Assembly: GCF_036321535.1 (NCBI RefSeq)
Contig: NC_087436.1
Location: 41,666,001 to 41,730,000, forward strand
Direction of reading: 5' to 3'
DNA length: 64,000 nucleotides
Origin: Camelus dromedarius
Taxonomy: Eukaryota
Part shown: positions 40,049 through 54,579 of the stretch, one piece after another
Layout: every line of letters begins with the position of its first letter
How positions within the stretch are numbered: the first letter of the stretch is position 1
Program-made: the position numbers and the translations under genes
The notes under the pieces: model-generated
Seen by the model: the letters and a program-made list of their open reading frames with translations, nothing else
The model's database searches: none
Told to the model about the DNA's origin: nothing

Positions 40049-40088
40049 ATATTTTCAGAGAAAGTAATATATTTTCAGAGAAAGTAAT
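40049..40088. repeat. Perfect 20-bp tandem duplication
   Basis: atattttcagagaaagtaat x2. Confidence 0.95.
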
Positions 40089-41444
40089 ACATTATCAGAG
40101 TAAAAACTTACCTCAATGCCAAACTCTCTTAATTAAAATGGGCTGCTTTGACCATCCCTCTATAAATCATATGCATTTAGCCATTTTGCTTGTGATTTCA
40201 ACAAATAAATGGAACTGTATTTTTCCTTAGTCAAAATGTGAAAAATTTGTATGGCATAATGTGGGTAATATGTAGAAGGTATGCTGTTATTTTGTTAAGA
40301 AGCAGGACTATGGGTTTATGGGTTGTGCTTTTCATTTACCTCACTTTGTCACAAAAGTGGCATGACAAACACCCAAAATAAAGTAAGGGAGAAGAGATTT
40401 TTGGCATTTGTTACTACTGCTCTGAGAATGCAAAGGAAAAGCTAATGAGAAGCTAGAGTAAAGAACTGCCTTCCTGGTCCTGAACGTAGCATTAGTTTCC
40501 TGTGCATGGTAATGATTGTACTAAAGCATTTTTGTTTTTCTCACTGTGCTGACAGGAACACTACATAAAAAATGCTTGCTTGCAACCTGCAGTGTTCCTC
40601 AATGTTAATATCCCAAAATATTCAATCATAGTTCACATGGAAAAGGGTTACCCAGGGAAGTGTAGAGGCTAATGTGTTTTTATAACAGTGTAAAGTTTTT
40701 TTCATCCATTGAATTATTAATTTGAATAATTATAGGAGTGGATGAGAGTAGGATTATAAAGAGATTTATGAAGTTAAATTGTGCCTTTTTCCTTATTAAG
40801 TTTAAAGATGGTATTATGCCTTCAAAAATGTAATAAGAGATGATGGTAATTAAATTATACATGTTTAAAAAACAAAACTATTTCTAATGAGTTAGAAGTA
40901 GTTAAATCCATAATAATTATGCTGTTAATCACACCTTAGTTGTCAAGAATATAGCTTGGTTTCCATGAATGTGTATGTGCACATTTCAGCCTTGCTCTTT
41001 AGAAAAATTCAAAACAGTCTTCCAAATGATGATGGACCTTTGAATATTGAGGAAGATACTATATCCTCTTTGATTCTTTCCTGTTTCATTCTAAGCATTC
41101 ACATATCCTTGCATAATCATTTATGTGTCATGCATTCCAGACACTCTGCACTTTTTATTTTTCTTCACTCGAGTCCTCTAGTTAATCAGTGTAACATTTT
41201 AAAATGGATTCTCAAGAACTCATTATGGTCATTCAAATGTGAGAACCCAGTCCAGAATACATTGAAATTATAATTGTTCTTGACCTCTGTATTACAATAT
41301 CAGACACTTTTCACTGACTGTTTAACATTCATTCACTATTTTAAATTTCTTAGAATCCTGACTTCACTAAAAGTGCTCTTCACATATAACTCACTGCTGA
41401 AGAGGAAATCTTGATGTGTCTAAACTAATTATAACGGCCCCATA

Positions 41445-41670
41445 CGGTGGTGTGCCAACAAATGTTTACCAGTCATCTCTATAGATTAAAGAGGGAGAGA
41501 GAGAGGAAGAGAGAAAGAGAAAGAAGTCCTGTTTTGTATTGTGTACTGATTCTTCTGCAGTAAATAATCTCACCACAGAGTATTCTAAGCTACTAATATT
41601 TTGTCACTGAATAAAGGAGTTAGAAATCAATGCCCAGGGTCAGCTCTCACGAACTGGTTCAAGCCATGAA
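41445..41670 (+). mobile_element. MER63-like hAT DNA transposon
   Basis: gtggtgtgccaacaaatgtttacc...ctaagctactaatattttgtcactgaat...cagctctcacgaactggttcaagcc. Confidence 0.65.
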
Positions 41671-44600
41671 CCAGCTGTTCTCATCTCTCATGCTGGACCT
41701 GGTTTCATGAGGGAACTTGGTTTTGATTTAGACATGTGTTCTAGTTTTGGTTAGTGAAATGTGAAGTGAGGTTCTCCTTAACAACTCTGCTAGCCCACTC
41801 ATCTTCCTGGAAACATCCAGAATGAACTGTTTAATGTTTACCCATCCTGATCATTAGAAAGATAGGTAAGTAGATAGATAGACAGATAGATGGAAATGAT
41901 AGCTAAGTTTGCATTTAAAACATGCATACTTATAATTGTGTGGACTTCTATAACAGAACTAGATTTTTTTTTTTATCAACAATACATCTTTTTACTGAAG
42001 AGTCTGCCATAGTTGGCAATCTGATGTTTAAAGCATCTTATGTTTAAAAATGTGTTTGATTTCGAATATCTTATTTTTATTGCTCTTTCTCTTTTTGTTA
42101 AAAAAAATTAACTGTGCATGTTTGTTTCTTATTTGCTATTGGCTTTCTGCCTTTTCTGTTAAGTTATAAGCACTTTTGTTATATAAAGGATATAAGCCCT
42201 CCACCATACACAGCAAATTTTTTACCCAGTTTATCTGAAAAATAAAAAGCTACAGTAGTTAAATATTGCATTTTTTCTTCTTAAGTTACTAGCATTTGTG
42301 AAAGTGCTTCTAACATCGAAGTTTTTCTTCATACTAAAATAATAAAAATAGCCACACATATTTCTTAATATTATGGTAACATTTATACTTCCAAGGCTTG
42401 AATAATAATGCAACACAAATACTCTCACCCCATGATCTCTACTCATAGGGAGGGAATAGGGAGCCTCTGAGAGACTTTGTGAGGCACAAGCTTGAGGGTC
42501 GGGGATGTCTCGTTAGTTTGTACTTGCTTTTTTACAATTTGAGCTGTGCTTTGAATCTAACAGGTACCTCCTATTAGCTGTATCAAATTGTCTGTGACAA
42601 AATGTTCTTTTTCATTCAAGTGTATATCGCCTAGAGGCATTTAGAATTGCACAGAGGAGACTAGAGACCTTGGAAATAAATCCCCCTTTTTCCAGAGATT
42701 TTGCGTAAGTTTAATCTTGAATTGTAGTTTTAGATGGACACTCCCCAGTAATGATTGTTTTCCCCATGGGAAGCTGATCTCAAAAACATATTTTTTCCGT
42801 CTATTTAAATGCATTATCCTTGCTGTTTCTCCCACTTAGTCAGCACGCACCATTTATTCTTAGTATTGGAACTTGGGAGAGAGCCTAAAACCCACTCTTC
42901 TAACCTCAGGCTGACTTTGTTGCTTTTACTCCAAATTAAACCACCACATCTACTTATTGCACAAAAGCATAATCAGCTAAGCCTGCTGCTTCTCCAATAA
43001 CAACGTCATGGTTATATGGTCCAAAATAAACTTTCTACCTTCTTTGGCTTCCAGCTGTGCCCATTGTTTGCATTTATCGGTTCTTCTTCAGTTGTTCACA
43101 CAAAGTGCTATTTTGGCATCATGCCTATTGATCAAATTGCCATATTAACTCCTCAAATTCCCTCTCTTAGTTTTTCTTCTTGACACATTCACTTAAAAAC
43201 AAAGAAGAGGAAAAGGGAACTTCTGTGAAATATCTGCGTACTTTTCTACGCTTACTCTTGGCTTGAAGTAAAAATGTTCACAGTGAAGAATTGCCATAAA
43301 AATACAGTTAGGTGTATACAGTTAAAAATGTCTGTTGCTCCTTTGCTTTCTTTTAGCACAGTGTACCTTTTTAATGTTCTCTTAGCTTCATGAAGTCTTG
43401 AGTCCTTCTTCTTATAGAATAAATGAATATGATTTTTTAAAAATTACATTAGGGTGCTTATGTATATATATGCACATATTGTCTTCAAATAAGTATATTC
43501 AGAAAGTGTCTACAGCAGACAAGTTCTCCTGAATCAACTCACATCTGTGCTTAATATAATCTCTAAACTGAGCGAAATGTCCTCTTGCCCATCATATGTT
43601 TCTATCTTCATTAAAAAAAAATCTCCAATCGGCTTTTCTGACTAATTTAGTGGACAGTGTTTTCTAGTTAGTCTGGGTTCTGATGATGTTTAAAATCAGT
43701 ACCATTGGCACAGTCAACACAACATAATACTCTTAGAGCATTTGCTCATTTAGAACATACCCCTGGCACTGGTTCACAGGTGCAGATGGACATAGACAAC
43801 AGAGCTCCCCTTCATATACTTGGTACCTTATGCTTTTTTTTTTTTTTTTTTTTTTAGCTTGTACAAACTTAAAGTTTAATTTTTCTCTCTGGGAATATCC
43901 ATTTCCTAAGGAGATCCTGTGACTGCCCATTCTTCTTGGATTTTAGGAAGGCACCAGGGAGACTGAATTTCCCGAATTAGAGACTATCTATTCTTCTTAA
44001 TTTCCTAGCACCTAGCACAGTGCTTAGTGTATAGATAAACATTCAATAAACCTAAGTAAAGTGAATTAACATAGATTTTCCCGTATGCTATAAATGCTCC
44101 AACCTCAGCCACATACGAGAACACCAGTTTGTGCAGGTCTTTGCTGAATGTCCTCGGAATTTTTTTAAAAAAAGCTTTGATGGGTCTGCAGTAGGAAAAA
44201 GTGATCAAATCAGTAAACAGGTTTGTGGGAATTGGAAGGGAGGGAGTTGTAAAGAGAAAAGGCAAAACAAGAGGGAAGTTAATAGCCGAAAAGATCAAAC
44301 CAAAGAATTGAGAACACAACATTTTAAAATAAATGGGCAAATCTATGTTTTGAGGCTGCAAGAACTGGGGGAAAAATACTATTCAGACTAATCAGCAGGA
44401 GGAGCAGTTCCTGACACTTAAATTCATGGGAATTATCAATAACAGCCTGTATCTGGTTTTACCTGTGCTTATCCTGACACAACTGTCTCTCATTCTCCCT
44501 CCCAAGTACCTATTTATTCACGTGGAATAGAGAAAAAGAATTTGAAGGGACAATCCAAATGTGTTATTTACATTTAGAATTTCTTCCAGAGTTCACAGAA

Positions 44601-45936
44601 CTTTCCATAAAAAAAAAAGTCAGTGCTTGCTTCTCCTGTTCGTTGCTCCATATTACCACACAGAGCTTGCCCTAGGAGCAAACCTGAGATGACACTGTAG
44701 GTGGAGTGAGAAGTAACTAAGGGAGGGCTGAAAGAGGTTGAGAAGTGAAGACTTTGCTATTTCCCATCACCACTAGCAGAAAGGAGTTGGCCTCTACTTA
44801 TTGCATCTTTCATTTAATCTTTTTCTGCCTTGGCACAGAACACATCTTATTAGTTTACCTGTAAGTGTATCATTCCCTTAATATGAGAAGCAAAGTATAC
44901 ATAAAAAGATTTAGAATATTGGTTCACCTGGGGACCTAGCCGATATTTTCTCTCTGCCTCCAGCTCTGAAAAGCAATGAATGTTCTTAAAGCCTGTACTG
45001 GTCTCTGCTGACAGCCATGATATTGATTCTAAAAGAAGGAAGAAAAATAAACCTGCTAGTGTATGTGCATGTACTAAGCTATCTGGAAGTCAGAATTATC
45101 CATGGAAAATGTTTGTATTAATGTTATTTACAATCCTAATGGCAGAGGGCAAATATATGTGTGAAATATATTGCATACCATAATAGCATAGGTATAGGTA
45201 ACAATATATATAGGAAACAGAATTTCTACATCATTTCCTATATTTAATAAACCTAATAATCATCTTAGATATTGGACAGCTTATCTACATTTTTCCTTAG
45301 AGGAGCCAATAACAGAGACTTCTGAGAAAATATATATAGCAAATATATAAAACATGATAAAATACTAATTTTTAGCATTATAAGTATGTAAATATCAAGA
45401 ATAATAGAGATTGTCATACTAAACAATTAATGTACATATAGCCAGGTATTTTAATCCCAGGTTCAGAACATCAGCCAAATATGTCATAGCTGCATGCAAT
45501 AACCCTAATTGAAATTCTTGAAATCCTTACCTAGATAACGTGCTGGGAATTACTGTGGTCCTCGCATCAGTCCACTCATGGAGAAAGTGAAGCATTTGAG
45601 CCAGATTATCTCAAAGACTTCTTCCAGCTCCACAATCCTGGTGTTAACACCCTTCCTTCACCTTTTACTACTTTTCTGCCCGTTTCCCAACATGTCAGGG
45701 TGATGTAGTGTAGAAGAGGTCAGCCTGCAGAGCAGTGAGGAAAGGCAAGAAGACTTAGCCCTGCCAACTGTAGATCTGTGGAACTGGGTCACTACTCAAA
45801 CTTTATATGCCTAACTTGAAAAACAAGCAATTAGTAGAATACCTGTGCCTTATGATAATGAAGTAAAAAATACATACAAATTATCAGAAAGGCCGTCATT
45901 TATTATGTGTGTGATATGTATGATATGAGAGTAGAA

Positions 45937-45968
45937 CTCTCTCCCTTTCTCTTTCTCTCTCTCTCTCT

Positions 45969-46023
<55 letters not shown>

Positions 46024-46035
46024 TAGATATAGATA
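45937..46035. repeat. Compound (CT)n / (GATA)~13 microsatellite
   Basis: ctctctctct followed by an uninterrupted tagatagataga run at ~45969-46021. Confidence 0.95.
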
Positions 46036-46169
46036 CGTATGATATCTGTGTGTGGTATTTTCCATTGGGCAGCTCTGGTGAATTTCTTGACAGGCATCAA
46101 AAATTTTAAAAATTATGCATTATCTATGACTCAGAAATTCTACATCTAGGAAGGTATACATGATTATCT

Positions 46170-46350
46170 CTCCTTTCATAGCACCTCATATTTATTGAGC
46201 TGTTTCATGTTCCTGTTACTGTACTCAAGAAGTATTAGCTCACCTAATGCTCACAACTCCACAATGCAGCAAACATTTATCTACATGTTCAGTTAAAGAA
46301 ACAGGGGTACAAAGAAGATAAATAACACAGCCCAGGTCATTGGCTTGGAA
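46170..46350 (-). mobile_element. MIR fragment
   Basis: catatttattgagctgtttcatgttcctg...ctcacctaatgctcacaac...acacagcccaggtca. Confidence 0.55.
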
Positions 46351-47939
46351 GAAGTTATTCCACAGCCTATATTTTATTCCCTATATCCTGTGGGTGTTAT
46401 GTTCAACAAGAAGCTATTTCATTACCATTGTTTTTATAAAAATCCTCAATGGGGAGTAGAATAATGCCTTTAAAAAAATAGAGTTATGCAAGACTATTTT
46501 ATGACATGGCAAGATACAAGACATTGTAAAATGAAGGATAGAATTTATTAAATATCATACCACTATGATTCTGGTCCTGAAAGGCAGAGGGGGGAAGGTG
46601 AAAATAAATATACTGCAAGCATGATTATATCTATTTGGTGGGCTATAGATAATTTTTATTTTTCTTATTTTTGCTTATATTTTCTTCACATATTCTACAA
46701 TGAACCCCTTTAATCTTGTAGTATCAAAATACGTTTGTTTGTTTTAGTACTGGTTCCTTTGAAAGACTTGAAAAGCTGAGCAAATCAGCCTTATTTGAAA
46801 GGATTATTTACTTTGGCTGAAGCCTTTCCAGTCAATGGGAGGTAGTCACTTGCCACTACAGATGGGTAGGTAGGAAATGGCCTATTCATTTAAGTATGAT
46901 TCACATGCCTGAAATTATTATTTTTTTAACCTCAATATTTTGGTTTTGTGTTTGTTGTGTTTTTAAAGTGTGATTTTCACCTTTAGAAAAGTCACTTATA
47001 TTGAACCTACCACAAATTATCCAAGATTACCTTATAATGTGAATATTTTTTCAGGATTCCAATAAAGCAAAATTCAATAATTTGAAGCTATTTAAAATCC
47101 TCACACATATTAAATATTTCTTTCATCCATATTTCAAACACTCAGCATCTAAATTCATGCTTTGATATTCTCAGATTTTAATTTCTTTTAAAATGTCCCC
47201 CTAGTAGATCAGTTTTCTGGGTTTGTTTTTAATAGTAAGTGGTGAACAAAAATTCTTTTATTTAAATATCAAAGACCTTAAATAAACATATCTGTTTCAC
47301 CTAGAATAGCTGTTTAAAACCCAGGAAAGTGGTGATGATATCAACAAAATTCTAATTATGACTGCAAACTCTCTGTGATGTATTCATTGAAAAGCAAGAG
47401 TGGTGCCTACAAAGCTCTTTAAAGCACTCAGAGGGAACATTCCACATAACTGGAAATGGAGTGGACTTCTGCACCACATTTTGTTGTTTTTTCCAACATT
47501 TCCTTTCACTCAGATTGTTGTCAAAGAGACAGATAATGTACAAGTGACCAAATACATATTTTAAGGTTATGGAGAACTCATTCTGAACCAGAAGAGGCAA
47601 AGTTCAACAAAGGTACTGTCAAGACTTCACCAGTCTATGTACTGTTGAAAATAGGCAATTTCCTACTAAATTAGGCAGTTAACTCCACTGTACTTTTGGG
47701 CTGTCTACAATCCTGTCCATTAGTACATTGTTTGAAGTAAATTAGACTCATAATAAATTATTTACTAGTATTTCTTGTCTTCTGCAGGCTACCATATGTA
47801 AGAAAAGTGAATTCTTATGCAGATGTTAAAATGCAGACTATAATGTGCCACAGTCAGACATTCTGTTTCAGTAGGTCTGAAACAGATGGTCAAAAAAAAA
47901 AAAAAAAACAAACAAACAAACAAAAAAAAAACACTTCAA

Positions 47940-48190
47940 AGAAAAGTGGTTCATAGAGCATGGGATTTGAAGCCACAAAGACTTAAATCCATATTAATAG
48001 CAAATGTGACTTTGACCTAGTTACTTAATCTTTTTAAATCTCAAATTTCTCATTTTTATATGAGTATAATGATAGTATCTCTCTCACCTGGTAGTTAGGA
48101 AAATTAACTGAAGAACTGCATGATAATCATCTAAAGAGTAGTTATCTACTACATAATAGTGTAATTGCTCCTATATTATCCTTATTATTA
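47940..48190 (+). mobile_element. MIR SINE
   Basis: tgtgactttgacctagttacttaatc...tctcaaatttctcatttttatatgagtataatgatagtatct. Confidence 0.7.
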
Positions 48191-50489
48191 TTGTTATTCA
48201 TGAGTAAAGCATCTCTATACTGTAAAATCTTTTCATTCACTTTTTAAAGTTTTGACTATATTTTGATTTGCATTATTCTAAATTCAAGGTTAAATTCTGA
48301 CTCAGGTATGCTGAATAAAGATCAGATTTTATGTTATTTCACTGTAATTCTCATTTAACTTGGAAATGCTAAGTTCTAACCCTGTAATAAATTTTATTTT
48401 TGTCCTGATGTACAATAAAAAGTTTTTTGCAAGGACAGCCCTGTTCCTAATTTTCTTCTGTCTAGAAGATATGCATTTTAATTTAGTAAAATAAATTAAA
48501 AAATAAAACTAGGAAGATCTGTTTATCTAAAAGACAATCCTGAGGGAAAAAAAAAGTATTAGGCAAATACTAATACAAGAGTTATAAGAAAGATAATAAG
48601 AACATGCATTTAAAAATAGCAAGCATATAAAATTAGCACTGCATTGAATATACTGGATATTATAAACTTTATTATAAATCAAAGACTAGCTTTATAACTT
48701 TGCTTAGTAAAGACATATATTAAATGCTAGAGGTATGAAGTCTATAAAATGAAGGCAGAATTGCAGTAGATCAGAATGGCAAAGAGAAAAATCATCATCC
48801 AGAACCATAACTAGTTATGATTTCTCATTATACAAATGTGCCTTGAATTTCCCCATTACCGGAGGGTTATTACACCCAGTAACTATTGACCTCTAGGTCA
48901 CAAATTAGAATCAACCAGATCTACAACTCCATTTAAATTATAATGCCCCTCTCATTTCCTGGAAGAATCTCATCATGGAGATCATAATTGCAAATTGGCC
49001 AGTATATACATTAGAAGTACTTCGATTTATTTTAAATTGAAAAAGTAGTATCTAGTATATCCCATCAACATAATAGGAAGTTGTTTATAACACATTTAAA
49101 AATTAAGTTTGAGCATTTACTTACCTACTCTTAAAAAATATAAGGGACATATTTAAATTAATAACATGGATGTCTTTCAGTTGAAAGTGCATAGAAAACA
49201 AGTATTGCAACAAATACAATTCACCTTTATTCTCTTTTCATAGATTCATGACTAAAATAGTAAATATTTTATTAAAAATAAAAATAATATTAATAATAAA
49301 TAAGGCTTTATCATACCCCTGCTTACTAATAAAATTCCATGTGAATAACTTTCTTTAGTAATGACACATTTTAAATCCAAAATAATTGCTTCTCATACTA
49401 AGCAAATAAAGGGATGACACCCATAGTAATATTCTAGAAACATAATTTTCAGGTAGGAAATTGAAGTGGCCAAATGAGTTTAAAAAAAGTATTAAGAGAC
49501 ATTTTTGTGCTGGTCACCTGCTTTACAAGAATTCAAAAAAAAAAAAAAAAATCCAGAGTATAATTATCTGCTGCTGTCTGAAATACCTTCCAAATAGAAA
49601 CTTTTTATCTATTATACTTTTAGCCTGGAAATAGTCAGTATACCAAGTAGTATTTCCTAATATAAATCCATCTTGTGGGAATGTAAATTTATTGGTTTTT
49701 ACCATAATCTTACTGGGAATAGAAATTGATGATTATGCCAACTACTTAACCTAACCCAAGCTATTTGACTGGCTCATTTCCCTCTTAGGATAATACTGTG
49801 ACATCACCACAATTCTTAACATGTCCAAATATGTAGTGTATTTAACATCTATTAAGGGTGTCAGGATAACATGCAGAGCTTGCTAAATAAAACTTCAGTG
49901 TTGTTTTTTTATCTAAAGATCAAGATACGATAAAGGTAAATCCCCAAAAAAACTCTTAATAAGTGAATCTGAGGAAATTGGTTTATTTAAATTTAATATG
50001 TAACATACTACTAATTGCAATAAAATCAACTTGTAATTTCAGTAGTATATTACTTTGCTTACATGAAGTAAAGAATTTAAAAATCGAGGGAAAAAATACT
50101 GATGCCAAGATTACTATGAAAAATTATATGTTATTTCTGCTTACAAATTTTTAAATTCCTCATTTTGAAAACTTAGATTTTTTTGTTTTGGGTTTTTTTT
50201 GGGGGGGGATATTCTTTGTCATATGGGATTAATCGGATAAAAATAGCCCTATTTATTAAAGATATGGAATAAGTGTTAACATTTTTAGTTTGATTCACTA
50301 CAATTACTTCTTTACTATTGGATCTCTCCTCTAAGTATTTAAACATAACTCATTTTTTCTGTCTTTAAACGTATATATATGTAAACATATATGAAAAAAC
50401 CTCTTCCTAATCCCTACCCCACCCTGTGCCCCAGTAGCTATGATTCTATGCCTTTAGTCCTCTGCATATTTTAGTTTCTTTAAAATGTT

Positions 50490-50870
50490 GTCTTTGGGAT
50501 AGAACTAACTTAAGCCAACTAAGAAAATTTAAAACTGGCTTTGAGAAAAAGTGGAACCAAACTCTTGAACTCCATCAGGACTAACTTACTGCTTCTCTTC
50601 TGCCTTTCTATTTGCTGCATTCTCTTCCATTGCTGTCTTGTTTTCTCCACACACAGCTGCTTCAGAAATTATCTACTCACAGCTGACAGGAGCAGAAAAA
50701 AATCTTTTTTTTTTCCAGTTCTAATTTTACCTCTGATTACCCTCATTTGGATCACATGCCTACTCCTTTTACCAATAACTGTAACCAAGAGAGTGGAGTA
50801 CTTCTTATGATTGGTCTAGTTTGAGTCAAGTGCACACTCTTGAGCCAGAACAATAAAGGAATGGCAACTG
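50490..50870 (-). mobile_element. Old MLT1-type LTR
   Basis: ttggatcacatgcctactccttttaccaataactgt...tgattggtctagtttgagtcaagtgcacactcttgagc. Confidence 0.55.
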
Positions 50871-50899
50871 GGAAGACTAAAATGACAGTATTCACTCTG

Positions 50900-51400
50900 A
50901 ACTCTTTCTGTACGTTTTCATGACAGTTTGTCTACTTTAACTATCATCACTAAATTAATGATCCCAAATCTATATCACTAGTTCAGTTTTCACTATTAAG
51001 CTTCAATATTTAAATAACTCATGTGTATCTTGATCAGGAAGTCCCATGTATCTCATATCAGCATGTCCAAAATCCCCACACCCAATCACCAGCCTTCTCT
51101 AGGTCCCTGGATGACACTTTAAAGTTACCTAGTTCACTAACTTGAAACCTAATAATGCTCTTTGAAAATTGCATTTGCCTATCCCTCTCATTACTAAGTC
51201 CTAGTGAATCAAACTTCTTTAATATTCTTCAACACCCACTTAACTACATCCCCATTGTACATTCTGAGTTCAGACCATCTGCCCTCCAGGCTGGACCACT
51301 ACAATGGCCGGCATATTGATCTCACTACCCTTGGGCTTAATACTTTTCACAAATTGGCATTTTACCAAAGCAATAATTGCAAAATATCTATAGCAAATTT
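50900..51400 (+). mobile_element. L2 LINE fragment
   Basis: atcccaaatctatatcactagttcag; catatcagcatgtccaaaat; ctggaccactacaatggcc. Confidence 0.6.
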
Positions 51401-51879
51401 GAACTTTACACAACAAAATGTTTGTAATAAATGTCATATTTACTTTATGCCACTTAATAAATTTTAATTCATTTTACATTGTATCCCACTAGAGGAGCAT
51501 AAAACTCAAAGAAATTGTTGGAGGACTTCTACTTTCAGATTTAGGCAAAGGTCCTAGGAGTCATACAAAATCCAGAACTGGACAGATATAGGTTGATATT
51601 TGCATGTACCCACAAGGATTCTTGAGAAAAGGGGGCTTGAAAGTAACATTTTTCTGAAACATATCTCTCTATATGACCACGTCTTGAGCATGTACTATTT
51701 GGACATTTCTAGTCTGCTTCCTTTTTTAGAAGGATGCATTCAGCACTTCTCCTTGAATGATTGCTTCTGCCCCCTCACTTTCTCACTACCAGAACCCATT
51801 TCTCTCACATTTGTATGTGACCCTAGGCTGAAGATTCCAAAAATCTCTTAAAGGTCCTAAGACTGTTTGGTTTGGAATA

Positions 51880-52120
51880 AAGACTGTTTAAAGATTGATT
51901 GATTAAGTGATAACATTTAAACTGCAGGTGGTTTCATATAAAAATCTAGATTTATAGCTTCTCTTGAAAAATTGAACATCTGGCCAACACTGGGCCTATA
52001 TTTCTTTGTGTGAAGAAAGCTGAGTAATGACTTCCTAATTTATAAGACTTCTCTTCAGTTAAGCACAGTGCCTAACATTCTTTACTCCTCTCCTTTCTAT
52101 GCTTATTTACCTTTGCTGGC
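51880..52120. mobile_element. MER102-like hAT fragment
   Basis: aaaatctagatttatagcttctcttgaaaaattgaacatctggccaacactgggcc. Confidence 0.5.
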
Positions 52121-52959
52121 AAAATGTTTTGATGTAAAATGCACATATCATGATATTAATCTCTAAATGCTTCAGTATGCATCTTTAAAAAAACTAAGGT
52201 AACTTTTTTTCCAGATAGCTACAGTAACATTATTACACCTAAAATTAGCAGTAACGTATGAATATCATCTAATACTCAGGCTATGGTCAAAATATCCAAT
52301 TATTCTCCCCAAGATATTTTATAGTTAATTATGTAAACTGCTTATTCATTTCTTAAACATGACCAAGTTTACTCATTTGGTTTACTTACCTAATTCCAGT
52401 TGACATTTGAAGTTGTATAACCAACCTAATATTAGGGAAAAATTACTCTAAAAAACATGCCAAATCTTCTATTGGAACAAAGGTAACTCTAAGATTTCAA
52501 AACCTAAAACACTTACTAAATTAGATCCCTCTTTACTTCTTTGGGGTGATAGTAGATGAAACTATAGCTGGAGAGGAGAAATTAAAACCAATAAAAAATA
52601 ATAAGCTCTCATTTTCCATGATTCTTTTATAATAACAAACACAACTTAGAATCTCTCCAGGCTTTCCTGACGTGTTTCAGTCTTTTGCAATGGCTAGTCT
52701 TGTACTCGTGTTAGCACAGAGAAAGACAGATGTACTCTAGGCTCAGGGAGTGGAGAATGTGTCACAAAAAAAAAAAAAAAAAAGAGGATGCAAGGAAACT
52801 TACCCAAAATCCTGGAAGAGAAAGAACACTTCAGTCCCTTCTGAGACTTCCCGCAGTTCTGGAGATAGACTCAAAATTCATGAATGCGGCTTATAATTCA
52901 CATATCATCTGCCTTCAGTGTACATAGCAATTTTTTTTTCCTGCCATTTTACCCATATT

Positions 52960-53280
52960 GAATGTGTTTTTGTTCCCTGAATCTGACACTGTCTGGAAAG
53001 ACTCTTCTTCAAAACTTGTCTTAGGTGAAATGTCACTATCAAAATGGAAACCTCCTTAGTACCCACCCATGTCTTGATCAGCAAACCTCTAATGTACTTC
53101 CTCAGAGCTTGTACCTCCACTGGCTGGTTTCTGAACATGCTCCCCCATGGTTAACCATTAATCAGTCTTTCTTACACAGCTACTCACTCTGAAAGCTGGA
53201 GCCATCTCTAGCTCATCAGCATTTTGTCTTTAGCACCTTGCATGGTCCAAAGCACATAACAGATATCCTAAAAATGAATA
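52960..53280 (+). mobile_element. L2 LINE 3' fragment
   Basis: tcttcttcaaaacttgtcttaggtgaaatgtcact...ttagcaccttgcatggtccaaagcacataacag. Confidence 0.55.
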
Positions 53281-54189
53281 GAAAGATAGAAAGTGACAGT
53301 GTTATTCTAAGACAGTTTTTACTAAAAATTTAAAATGTGCTCATCAAATACACTATAAAATACATTGTATACACTTCAAAACACTGTCTTATTTCTTCTT
53401 GAATATACTTTACTGCCATAAATAAAAGCACAGGATATATTCTATAAGGGGAGGGGACTTAGAAGAATATAATGTCTTAGCAGATTGCTAAGGGTTTCTA
53501 GTTTTGTTTCTGCACATTATCAGTTCATTATGCATTTCCTGACTAGATTTTCACTTGCTCCATCAGAAAATGACAAAAATCAGAGCCCATTTCTTTTCTA
53601 CATCTCCTAATCAAAGAGGAGACATTTAAACATGATTAGTACTAAAACATTGGTTTTGGACTATAAGAAGAACTTTGAAACACACAAATGGTAAAAATTC
53701 AGACTTCAAATGGCTAAATTGACGAAAAGATTACATAAAACAGTTATGAGCAAAGAGCAAATTTTATGTAAAGCCAGTGCATAAAAAAAGCAAAAAATGT
53801 AAATATGTTTATTATAACCTTGCACAAATGATATTGTTTTTTGCATGTATGTTATTACAGGATTCTAAACTAGAATCTTGTGGTGCAGGCTCTGGTCAAG
53901 GACTTCTAAATTCAGTGCCACACCTGCCAGGGATCCGTGACCTTGTGCAAATATCTTACCTGTTGTGGTCTCATTTTCTTTACATGTAAAATATGAGTTT
54001 GGTAGATTGTCTCTAAGGTCTATACCATATTAAGTTGTTCCTATTTAAATTCTTCTCACTGCTTTCAAAGTCAGCATATTAAAGATAGCACATTTATTTG
54101 ACTTAATGAGTGGCAATTTAGCCCCTTTTTGAAATCCTCAGTATACATTAAAGAAAGTTTATATCGTAGCATTTTTGTTCTCATTATCT

Positions 54190-54360
54190 CATTTGAGACC
54201 CAAACAAATACGTATATTCCCTTTTTCACATTGGGAAACTGAGGCTCAAGAACTTTAGAGAATTGACCATGACCAACCACACTTTAAGTAGTAAGTGATA
54301 ATAAAGCCAGGAACCCGGGTCCCTGGTTGCTGTGCAAGTATTCTTATTATTCCAACACAT
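54190..54360 (-). mobile_element. MIR core
   Basis: cctttttcacattgggaaactgaggctcaaga...ttgaccatgaccaaccaca. Confidence 0.7.
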
Positions 54361-54579
54361 TACTAGTCTAGTTGAAATGGTTACGAGTTTTTAATGTGTA
54401 GTTTAACAGTTGTTACCCCAGAAAACTCCATAGGGTATGTCAAATGTTACTAACCAGCCTGGTTCCTATATTCAGGTAGCTGTAAACAATGATGCCCTAA
54501 CAACTGGCAAGGAATTAGGAAATGAGTCCACTAGCTGGCACTAAAAATAATAATAATGATTAGATTGGAAAACATGTAT

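Noticed and set aside
47788..47797. 10-nt micro-exon-like TCTTCTGCAG|GCTACCATAT|GTAAGA
   Set aside because: Not frame-preserving, with no supporting neighbouring exons
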